The notes: generated by a model from the letters alone, not told the origin. Shown: positions 1 through 7,491, counted from the first letter of the stretch. The stretch: 64,000 nt of DNA from Pyrinomonadaceae bacterium (GCA_035563515.1 DATMVE010000059.1:22725-86724); one strand, 5' to 3'. Numbers and translations are program-made.

Positions 1-79
1 CTCACATATTTCTTAGCGCCAGCAATGTGGCTGTTCCAATAAGTAGTCTAAGGTAAATAAAAACAACTATTTACAGCGA

Positions 80-193
80 CTTGCTCACTTGCTCACGTCT
101 ATAATGATTTGAACAAGTGAGCAAATTCCTTATTAGCGCGTTAATAGAACTTGCTCACTTACTTTCCACTATAGACGTGAGCAAGTGAGCAAG
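80..193. repeat. Putative replication origin / iteron block: nested inverted repeats built from the 8-mer TTGCTCAC around an AT-rich core
   Basis: 80-103 (cttgctcacttgctcacgtctata) is the perfect reverse complement of 170-193. An inner inverted pair lies at 114-124 and 150-160. There are six copies of TTGCTCAC/GTGAGCAA (81, 89, 117, 151, 177, 185). The block lies just 3' of the helicase gene. Confidence 0.55.
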
Positions 194-208
194 TTTCATT
201 TTACCGCG

Positions 209-1345
209 CTACATTATCTTACTGGCTTCTTCTATGGCCTGCGTGTATTCCTCTGACGGGGCGTAATAGCCAGTCTTCGGACTTATTAAATCCCCTCGCG
301 TAACGGCCGTACTCAAGCAACGAGTAATAGTAGCGTCTGAAATTTTTCCGTCCAGAGCATCTACCACTTCTTTGCGCTTCACCAACCGCCCAAAACTTCT
401 GGCGGTCGAGAGAACAACCTCGTAGTTAGTCGGCGCGGGATGAACTATCTCGTTCGTCGGCACGAACCAGCGGGATTCTTCATCAAGACGCAGTATCACA
501 GGCTCTAGCCGAAAGCCTTTGGATTTCTCGACCGAAAAGATTACCCGCTCAGCATCCAAAGTATCCTTCTTCAACGCCGTCACGGTACGTGCCAAGCCGC
601 CGATATTAGAGCCACCGCGTCCGAGGTACGCGCCGACAGTCGTTTTTCCATCCTCATTCTGCTTGCCAATATGATGTAGCATCCACACTACTGATTTGGC
701 GTCTTTGGCGAGTTTCTTCAAGGGCTGCATGACGACCCTTTTTATTTCAGCATTATCGCTCTCGTTTCTTAACGTGAACAATGCCGACATCGTATCTACG
801 ATAATCAAGTCAGGCTTAAAACTGCGAGCGCACTCCGCGATTGCCTTCAAGTGTTGAGGACTGGAAAGATTAAGAGGCTCATCATTTATTTCTTCATCGC
901 AGATAATGAATAAATTTTCTTCGACGAGGGCGCGTTCTTGAGGAGTCCAACTTCGCATCATTATTTTCAAATCATCCCTTAATTCCGCTTGCGTGCTCTC
1001 GCCGTCAATTAACAACACACGTCGGCTTTCGCCCCCATTGTCTTTAATGAAAGGATGGAACGTCCTACCCGCCGCTAAGGTCAGAGCGAGATTTAAGGAA
1101 ATCGTCGTCTTTCCTAAATTGGTCACGGCAAACATTACCCCGACGTTACCCCGAACCAGACCGAAAAGGATTTTATCTACCTTCTCGAACTCATGATTCG
1201 ACAGTTCGCCCCACGTAAGACCTAACCTAGTTTCGTTAGTAATCTCCGTCTGGCTTTCGCTTGCCGGATTATTTGAGCCATCACCATACTGTTGCTCAAA
1301 ATCCTCTGCTGAATAATCAGTAAATATCGAGTTGTCCATTACCAT
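209..1345 (-). CDS. RecA/DnaB-like replicative ATPase (AAA_25-type helicase of primase-helicase modules)
   Basis: ORF 209..1381. Walker A-like GVMFAVTNLGKTT and Walker B-like DLIIVDTMSALF. Start moved to the in-frame ATG at 1345, which has GGAGGA 7 nt upstream and follows the primase stop (1350-1352). Confidence 0.75.
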   Translation of the reverse strand: MVMDNSIFTDYSAEDFEQQYGDGSNNPASESQTEITNETRLGLTWGELSNHEFEKVDKILFGLVRGNVGVMFAVTNLGKTTISLNLALTLAAGRTFHPFIKDNGGESRRVLLIDGESTQAELRDDLKIMMRSWTPQERALVEENLFIICDEEINDEPLNLSSPQHLKAIAECARSFKPDLIIVDTMSALFTLRNESDNAEIKRVVMQPLKKLAKDAKSVVWMLHHIGKQNEDGKTTVGAYLGRGGSNIGGLARTVTALKKDTLDAERVIFSVEKSKGFRLEPVILRLDEESRWFVPTNEIVHPAPTNYEVVLSTARSFGRLVKRKEVVDALDGKISDATITRCLSTAVTRGDLISPKTGYYAPSEEYTQAIEEASKIM

Positions 1346-1349
1346 TAGG

Positions 1350-2348
1350 CTATCCTCCAACTTGAAACAGCACATCATCAAGACCTTTGCCTAATGATGA
1401 AGACCACGTTCGTATTTTTACTGCTAAGTCCGTTTTCTCAAGCGTATGTTTCAAGCGAAACAGCGCAGCCTTAACTTCCGGCTTTTCTTGCCAATCTATA
1501 TCGAAGCCGATAAGTACGCTTCTCAGCTTAGGTAATCCATGCTTGATTCGAGCAGTAAACTTTTCGGGATTCATCGCCGTCACGCCTGCTAATGCCACAG
1601 TAGCCACATAAGCAAATTCGCTTATACGGTCTGCCTTCAATGCGCCCTCGGTAACAATCACTTCCCCGCTCTGTTCAGTAAGGTCGGGCTTTGAAAAGTG
1701 TAACGGTGCTCCGGGCGATGCTCCTTCCAGCTTATCAGCCGAACTTAGCCATAAATACTTCGGCTCTTGATTCCCGTCGCGGCGAATCTGCAAACCGACG
1801 ATACGCCCGTATTCATCCCTGTAAGGGACGTAGAAGCCTTTGAACGAGACATTCAACTGCCAGCGCCCATCTTGATAGTAGAACCCCGGTACGCCTCTTA
1901 AATCGAAGAACCGAGCCAGCGCACGCGCTAAACGATGGCCTCTAGCCTTATCGGGAACGGAAGCATAAAGCCTGTTAGCAATAGTCGTATCAGATAACCC
2001 GCGCTCATTTAACAGCGCGTTTGCGTGTTCAGGATTAAGTTTCAAATAAGAGAGCAAAGCCATATAAACAGCATCGCAAGTTTTGGCATCGGCTTTCTTA
2101 GGCTCAGTCTTTTGAACAGAAGGAGCGCCAACATAAAGGGCCGTGCTGTTATTAGGGTTTAGAATATGAATGTACCTTCCATCCTTAGCGTGCTGGTCGC
2201 TCCATTTGTATTTACACACAGCGAGCGAGCCATCAACCGTTACTGAGCAGTGATAGCGGTCAGTCCTGCCGCAAATTTGGCAAGTGATTTTGCCCTTCTT
2301 GAAAGGAGATTGAATGTATTGACGTTTTTTCGTTTCGGTAAGTCTCAT
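1350..2348 (-). CDS. Primase-like protein (N-terminal zinc finger plus Toprim-like domain)
   Basis: Cys cluster CQICGRTDRYHC..C near the N-terminus. Toprim-like EVIVTEGALKAD and acidic GFDIDW motifs. The ATG overlaps the upstream stop (TAATG at 2346-2350). Confidence 0.7.
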   Translation of the reverse strand: MRLTETKKRQYIQSPFKKGKITCQICGRTDRYHCSVTVDGSLAVCKYKWSDQHAKDGRYIHILNPNNSTALYVGAPSVQKTEPKKADAKTCDAVYMALLSYLKLNPEHANALLNERGLSDTTIANRLYASVPDKARGHRLARALARFFDLRGVPGFYYQDGRWQLNVSFKGFYVPYRDEYGRIVGLQIRRDGNQEPKYLWLSSADKLEGASPGAPLHFSKPDLTEQSGEVIVTEGALKADRISEFAYVATVALAGVTAMNPEKFTARIKHGLPKLRSVLIGFDIDWQEKPEVKAALFRLKHTLEKTDLAVKIRTWSSSLGKGLDDVLFQVGG

Positions 2349-2563
2349 TACACTTCCCCCTTCTCTTCAACTACGGCCTGATTGAAATGTCGTCGCTTGT
2401 AGTCTTCTAGCTGTTTCATCGTGTATCTGATAGTTCGGTTATTGAATCGAACGTAATCAATCTCGCCGCGTTTTCTAACTGAGCGCATCGTGTAAACTGA
2501 CCACCCGAAAAAACCGGCGGCTTCTCGTTCTGTAAGTAGTGCATTTTCTATATCCTGTATCAT
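2348..2563 (-). CDS. Small helix-turn-helix protein, excisionase/AlpA/MerR-like
   Basis: Core LTEREAAGFFGWSVYTMRSVRKRGEIDYVRF resembles Xis/AlpA-type HTH. The ATG at 2563 has AGGAG 8 nt upstream. Translationally coupled to the primase. Confidence 0.65.
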   Translation of the reverse strand: MIQDIENALLTEREAAGFFGWSVYTMRSVRKRGEIDYVRFNNRTIRYTMKQLEDYKRRHFNQAVVEEKGEV

Positions 2564-3006
2564 TTCAATTACTCCTATAAGGTTGAACGTGCTGTCGCCT
2601 TCCGGTATCATTTAGACAGAAAGCGGCGCACACGCCGCCCCTTGTAGCGCACAAAGCGGTGCTTGGGCGAGGACAGGGCGAAGGTGGTTAGGCGTCGAAA
2701 ACTAAGCCACTTTCGCCTTTCTCTTTATTATCTTTTCGACCTTATTTTACCGATTTGCAACTATCCGCAGCAAGTTCGCGCGCCTATCGTCTGTCCCTCC
2801 AAGTGGTAATTTATTCAACAATTTATACAAGGCGGGAAAACTAAATACAGGCTGTTGCCTATGCTCTGCTATCCTCTCTTGTCTATAAAGTTTGGGGGGC
2901 ATAATCACTCACGTCAAGATTTATTTTTAGACATTCCAAACAAAATGCTCACAACTGAAACTCAGCCGTGAGCAAAGTAATAATTGTCTATAATGTGGGA
3001 AACGAA

Positions 3007-4098
3007 CTAATCAATTAACGTTTCAATCTCACGTAGTTCATCTTCTATATAAATCTTTTCCCAAGATATATTTTCGAGGGTAGGAATTTCGGAATACTTC
3101 TTATAAATCACATGCCCCTTACCTTCGAGCAACCTATAAAAGCAGAACCGCAGCATCTTTAGCGCGATAACGAAATGCTGTTCGCCTTTATGGTTTTTAA
3201 TGTCCGTGTTGGTTATGTCCACTCCATGAACGATTTTTGAGCGGAGGTCATAAAAATCCCTCGCCCACCAGCCATAAATGGTATTGGTCTTATCTTTGCC
3301 TAGAGCGTTCGCTTTTGTAATTCGATTTAAGCCTGTCTGAATAGTGTTGCCGTCTTCACCATATACTGGCATTTTATCAACTTCTAATAATGTCTCTAAG
3401 CGCGTTGCAAATTCATCCTCCTTTTTGTAGCGAGGCAGGTCAAAGAAAATCTCAAACGCAGTCGCCATCATCACGAGTCGGCTCTCTGGACTATATCCAT
3501 CAGCGTTAAAGTAAGCGTACCGCACCCAATCTAAGACCCTAAAATATCTAATATCATCTGGATTATGTGCGTCCGCCATATTTGCAAAAGCATTCATCAG
3601 AAGAGAATCATAACGATATGGGAACGTGCTACTAGGAACGAAGCTAGGTCTAACGAACTTAGTCATTTCTAATGACTGAGTATTCAAATTGCGAAGATAG
3701 CTTCCGGTTTCAAAGGAAATGTAATCGTATTTTGACGGATTTAGTGCAAATGGCTGAATCGCCATATTGAATTGTTCACTCACACATACACTGTTGATTT
3801 GGTTATTGAGGACGCTACAAAACAAAAGAGCAACTGCATATCTATAAAGGTCTTGCGCTTGCTCATCAGTTAGGACATCAAAATTGTAGTTGTCGTCAAT
3901 CACTGCAATAGCTAGGGTCTTTAACCTCTTATGCATGTAATCAACGTAAAGGGAACAGTATTCATCAATACGCTTTCTTAAGTCAGCGTTCGGGATATAC
4001 TTTTCTCCATACTTTGCAAAGTTGAATAGATGGACTCTGTTAATCTTTCGGTCAATATCATCATCAGGAAAGTAAGGCAAGAATGCGAATTGTGGCAT
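3007..4098 (-). CDS. Cargo protein of unknown family with a C-terminal HEPN-like Rx4H motif (candidate Abi-type RNase)
   Basis: 363-aa ORF, AT-rich like the element. Motif WARDFYDLRSKIVHG (R286..H291, nt 3226-3243) fits the HEPN Rx4-6H signature, preceded by a helical segment SRLVMMATAFEIFF. Lies between the integrase terminator and the replication module. Confidence 0.55.
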   Translation of the reverse strand: MPQFAFLPYFPDDDIDRKINRVHLFNFAKYGEKYIPNADLRKRIDEYCSLYVDYMHKRLKTLAIAVIDDNYNFDVLTDEQAQDLYRYAVALLFCSVLNNQINSVCVSEQFNMAIQPFALNPSKYDYISFETGSYLRNLNTQSLEMTKFVRPSFVPSSTFPYRYDSLLMNAFANMADAHNPDDIRYFRVLDWVRYAYFNADGYSPESRLVMMATAFEIFFDLPRYKKEDEFATRLETLLEVDKMPVYGEDGNTIQTGLNRITKANALGKDKTNTIYGWWARDFYDLRSKIVHGVDITNTDIKNHKGEQHFVIALKMLRFCFYRLLEGKGHVIYKKYSEIPTLENISWEKIYIEDELREIETLID

Positions 4099-4180
4099 TA
4101 GATTTCCCTTTCACTAGGCTTAAAGGCTAGCGACCTGATAAGCAAAAATGCGACGGATTTATTTTACTGCAATAGAGGTT

Positions 4181-4212
4181 AAAAAAAGCCAGCCGAAAAT
4201 CGGGCTGGCTTT
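4181..4212 (-). terminator. Rho-independent terminator downstream of the integrase
   Basis: On the minus strand: AGCCAGCC-cgattttc-GGCTGGCT followed by a T7 run (A-run 4181-4187 on the plus strand). Confidence 0.7.
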
Positions 4213-4237
4213 CCTTTTTCAGTTAATAAAAACTTCC

Positions 4238-5377
4238 CTAGTTGATTAGCTGTAGCACGGCTGTGGCTTGTACTTCGGCTGATTGAGCGAGATAGGCTTC
4301 CAAAGCAGACGCGGCACGAAAGACCGTATCATTATCAGCGCGGATATAGCGAAAGACACAGCTAAGGGTGCTGTGTCCGCTCACCCGCATGACAGTAGCG
4401 TGAGGCATCCCGGCCTCAATCATCCGGGTTATGCAAGTCGCCCGGCAATCATGAAAGTGGAAGTCTTCTATTCCGGCCTCGCGGCATATTTTTGTCCACG
4501 CTGTTTTGATTGTCACCTTGACGTTGAAGACATGCGAGTTTTCATCCGTCACATTTTCGCGCCAGCGTAGAAGCCACTCATAAACGCGAATCGTCATAGC
4601 TACAGTCCGGCTCTTCGCGGTCTTCGCGTTGAAGGCCCGGACTGTAATGGTTCGGCTCTCTAAGTCAACGTCTGACCATTTCAGGGTGAACAACTCGCCG
4701 CGCCTTAGCGAGCAATCTAAGGCTATCAAGACCAGCCCTTTAATGTGTGCGCGTTGCGGGTAAGAATCAATGGCGGCTAAAAGCCGCGCTTCTTCAACTC
4801 TCGACAGGATGCGCGTCCGGTGGTTCTCGTCGTTCAGGCTTATTAAGGCGTCACCCTCTGAGAACACGTTTCGCGGCATCCATTGTTCACGAACGGCAAT
4901 CCGAAACATACGCCGCAGTTGTCCAAGTTCCCTGTTGATGGTCGCAATGGTACGCTGCCCGCCCCGACGAGTCGGAGTCTCTAGCCGCATCTTCTTATAG
5001 CTTCGGATTTGGCCGTAAGTAATGGCTTTCAGCTTATGACCACCGAAGTGTTCAACCAGCGGCTTGATTACAGTCCGTGCAGTCACTAGCGAACGCAAAC
5101 CCGAAACCTTCCTTCCGCCGACGTAAGAGGCGGGCTGTAGGTAATGCTCAAGATAATGCTTAGCCAAGTCAGCGAACGTCATGTTCGCGGCGTCTAATTC
5201 TTTAGGCGTTAGAGTCTCCAAGTCGCGGAGTAGCTTTTGAATGATTTTCCGCGCTTCCCCTCTGCTCGCAGCCTTTTTCCAAATGTCTCGTTGCTTTCCG
5301 CTTGCGTCTTTGAACCTCACTCGCGCATAAAGTTTTCCATCCTTCGTAACTATTGAGCCTCTGCGTTCTCTCGGCAT
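4238..5377 (-). CDS. int: Tyrosine recombinase / phage-type integrase
   Basis: 379 aa. Catalytic signature LRRGE (Arg), HDCRATCITRM (HxxR), GHSTLSCVFRYI (His..Tyr). Adjacent to the tRNA half-site. Confidence 0.9.
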   Translation of the reverse strand: MPRERRGSIVTKDGKLYARVRFKDASGKQRDIWKKAASRGEARKIIQKLLRDLETLTPKELDAANMTFADLAKHYLEHYLQPASYVGGRKVSGLRSLVTARTVIKPLVEHFGGHKLKAITYGQIRSYKKMRLETPTRRGGQRTIATINRELGQLRRMFRIAVREQWMPRNVFSEGDALISLNDENHRTRILSRVEEARLLAAIDSYPQRAHIKGLVLIALDCSLRRGELFTLKWSDVDLESRTITVRAFNAKTAKSRTVAMTIRVYEWLLRWRENVTDENSHVFNVKVTIKTAWTKICREAGIEDFHFHDCRATCITRMIEAGMPHATVMRVSGHSTLSCVFRYIRADNDTVFRAASALEAYLAQSAEVQATAVLQLIN

Positions 5378-5400
5378 CGCGCTTCCCTTTCAATGCCGCT

Positions 5401-5433
5401 TCTACCTTTTCATCTACCTTTTCAAAAGGTAGA
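5401..5433. repeat. Direct repeat TCTACCTTTTCA x2 merging into the palindrome TCTACCTTTT-C-AAAAGGTAGA (candidate recombinase arm-type or regulator sites)
   Basis: 5401-5412 and 5413-5424 are identical. 5413-5433 is a perfect 10-1-10 palindrome. Located between the int start codon (5377) and the att junction (5511). Confidence 0.5.
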
Positions 5434-5510
5434 GCGGCTGATTTGACAGAGAAGCGAAAATCTGTAGAATGAAAATGCTTTGAAGGAGTAAGGGTTACGG
5501 TAATTACGAA

Positions 5511-5558
5511 TCCCTTACAAGGAAGAGGTTGGGGGTTCGAATCCCTCCGTGCCTACCA
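5511..5558 (+). other. 3' half of tRNA-Val(TAC), positions 29-76 including CCA. No matching 5' half is present, so this is an att junction remnant.
   Basis: tcc-CTTACAA-gga(ag) anticodon stem-loop, variable loop aggtt, T arm GGGGG-TTCGAAT-CCCTC, acceptor 3' strand cgtgcct, discriminator a, CCA. Upstream sequence has no D arm and no AGGCACG acceptor strand. Confidence 0.75.
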
Positions 5559-5584
5559 AGAAGATTTGAAAATTAGGTTTTCCC

Positions 5585-5666
<82 letters not shown>

Positions 5667-5669
5667 TTG

Positions 5670-5704
5670 GAAAGCGCGCCTGTCTCGTCACAGGCGCGCT
5701 TTTC
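5670..5704 (+). terminator. Rho-independent terminator after tRNA-Asp
   Basis: gaaagcgcgcctgt / acaggcgcgctttt stem followed by T-rich tail. Confidence 0.7.
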
Positions 5705-5930
5705 TACTTTTACACTCACCGTTTACTCGCGCTCCTGTTGCCCCTTCAACTCTCGCAACTGCTTCGCCGCGTTCTGGTCGGCCGGGCCAAGCATCGGTCG
5801 AGTTAGATTGAACCTGAGCACTCCGGCGTGATACTCTCTGGCGCGTTCTCAATCACTTAATCTTCTTTGCAAATTCATGTGCACAGATTTCACGTCGTAG
5901 AGAACCCCAACACCCGTCAGGAGATTAAAG

Positions 5931-6431
5931 ATGCCCAGAAAGATATATGCATTCATTACGTCGCTTCTTGTTTTCGCGCTGCTGGTGAGCGCGTGCAGTA
6001 AGTCTGCCGGCTCGTCACCCACGGCGGCGGCCAAAGCCTTTTACGACGCCGCGAAAGCGGGCGACGTGCAGGGGATGAAGAACGCGATGTCGAAAAAGTC
6101 GCTTGAGATGATGGACGCGTTCGCCAAGCTCGGCGGCAAGTCGCTCGACGATTCCCTCAAGGAGAACTCAAAGCTGCCCGCGGCCTTCGAAGCGCGGAAC
6201 GAGAAGATCACGGGCGACACGGCGACGGTCGAACTCAAAGGCCAGGGGGACAAATGGGACACGATGCCGTTCGTCAAAGAAGACGGCCAGTGGAAGATCG
6301 CCTTTGACAAACTCTTGGAAAGAGCTTTCCAGGAGCCCGGTCCCGGTCCAGAGATTCAGACCCAAAGCCCCGCGCCTCCCGCGCCGAGTAAGGAAAAGAA
6401 CGAAGGCGAACAGTCAACGCCGGAAGACTAA
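5931..6431 (+). CDS. Small lipoprotein (DUF4878-like)
   Basis: Signal peptide with lipobox LLVSAC. AAKAFYDAAKAGD-type start of the mature protein. High-GC3 frame. Confidence 0.7.
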   Translation: MPRKIYAFITSLLVFALLVSACSKSAGSSPTAAAKAFYDAAKAGDVQGMKNAMSKKSLEMMDAFAKLGGKSLDDSLKENSKLPAAFEARNEKITGDTATVELKGQGDKWDTMPFVKEDGQWKIAFDKLLERAFQEPGPGPEIQTQSPAPPAPSKEKNEGEQSTPED

Positions 6432-6517
6432 CACTCCACACACTCGCGGCGCACCTCGCACCCCCGAGTCCGCGGGCGCGAGTCCTGCCGGCCCCGCCAC
6501 TCAATGCTGTAAATCAA

Positions 6518-6558
6518 ACACGCACACCCTTCGGAAGCCGAAGGGTGTGCGTGTTTTT
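6518..6558 (+). terminator. Rho-independent terminator
   Basis: 14-bp stem acacgcacaccctt / aagggtgtgcgtgt, 9-nt loop, then TTTT. Confidence 0.8.
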
Positions 6559-6596
6559 CGAAGCACAGTAGAGAGGCCCCTAACGGGTTCTTTTAA

Positions 6597-6836
6597 TTAC
6601 CTGCCCAGGAGCCGTCTCCACCACGAAGTTTTTTTATAGCCTTGCTTATAGCATTCCTCGTAAATCTTATTCCAAAACGTTTCGTGATATACAGCGTCAT
6701 CCTTCAAAGGTTCTTTATCCCAGATTCTTCTCGCCTCCCTGACCTTCCCCATATACAGAAACGTCTTGGCTTCATCCATCAACTTATTGGCTTCCGCCAT
6801 TCTACTGTCCTCGTTTTTGTCATAAGGCAAGCTCAT
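6597..6836 (-). CDS. Hypothetical small protein in an AT-rich islet
   Basis: ORF 6597..6854 begins at TTG; the first ATG is at 6836. Composition differs from both flanks. No family recognised. Confidence 0.4.
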   Translation of the reverse strand: MSLPYDKNEDSRMAEANKLMDEAKTFLYMGKVREARRIWDKEPLKDDAVYHETFWNKIYEECYKQGYKKTSWWRRLLGR

Positions 6837-7432
6837 AACTGGTATATATAACAATCAAAACCAGGGCGCAAGGTGGGGCGTTATTTTAATCCCCTAACGA
6901 GTATGCCCGCCGCTATAAATATCCATGCCAGCACTAAAATTATAGCCAACAGATGCTTATTACTTTGACGATACCAGACCCGCCAGAATCCTTCCTCGCG
7001 CCTCGCTGGCGGGAGGGGATACGGTTGAAATGTTCAGCCGTGCTTCCCGAAATTCGAGGAGGCTGGTTGGAGTTTCGGGGAGGGCGGTTAGAACTTCTAA
7101 CGGCGTTCCCGAAGTTGTAACTGGCTTCCCGAGATTCTAACGGCGCTCCTGGAAATTCGGGGAGCGTGGTTACAAATGCCAAAACTTTGCGAACGCGCTG
7201 TCGAACGACGTGGCGAACATCATCGCGCGTGCGCGCTCGGGCTTCCGCGCCACCTATGGCCCAGACTCCACGCAATACGAACAGGCCGGCGGCACGCGCT
7301 CGTCCGAGCGCAAGCGCCCCTCGTCCAAGAAGAACCCCGCGCACACGCCTTGAGGCACAAATTTAGGGCGGCGCGCGTGAAGGGAAAATTGTAACCGCCC
7401 GGCCCGGGTGGTCGTCTTCAATAATGGTAGGT

Positions 7433-7491
7433 CGGGCTCTCCCAGTGAGCATCAAATTGATGCGCGTGGGGGAGCCCGGCCAAATTTTTTT
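7433..7491 (+). terminator. Strong hairpin plus T7 run (terminator or attenuator) 20 nt upstream of the 7511 start
   Basis: cgggctctccc (7433-7443) pairs with gggggagcccg (7468-7478) with one mismatch. T-run at 7485-7491. Confidence 0.65.

Larger units (their letters stand above)
1..5558. mobile_element. Partial AT-rich integrative element with a satellite/PICI-like layout (integrase, HEPN-like cargo, Xis/AlpA-like HTH, primase, helicase, iteron origin). The right junction is a tRNA-Val half-site; the left end lies outside the window.
   Basis: Composition changes abruptly: 1-5510 is visibly AT-richer than everything to the right. All five ORFs are co-oriented on the minus strand. The integrase start abuts a 48-nt 3' half of tRNA-Val(TAC) at 5511-5558. 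Confidence 0.8.

Noticed and set aside
5461-5558. A possible complete tRNA or tmRNA 3' end next to the integrase
   Set aside because: No D arm or complementary 5' acceptor strand is present. The acceptor lacks the G3:U70 needed for a tmRNA/Ala-like end. It fits only as the 3' half of tRNA-Val.
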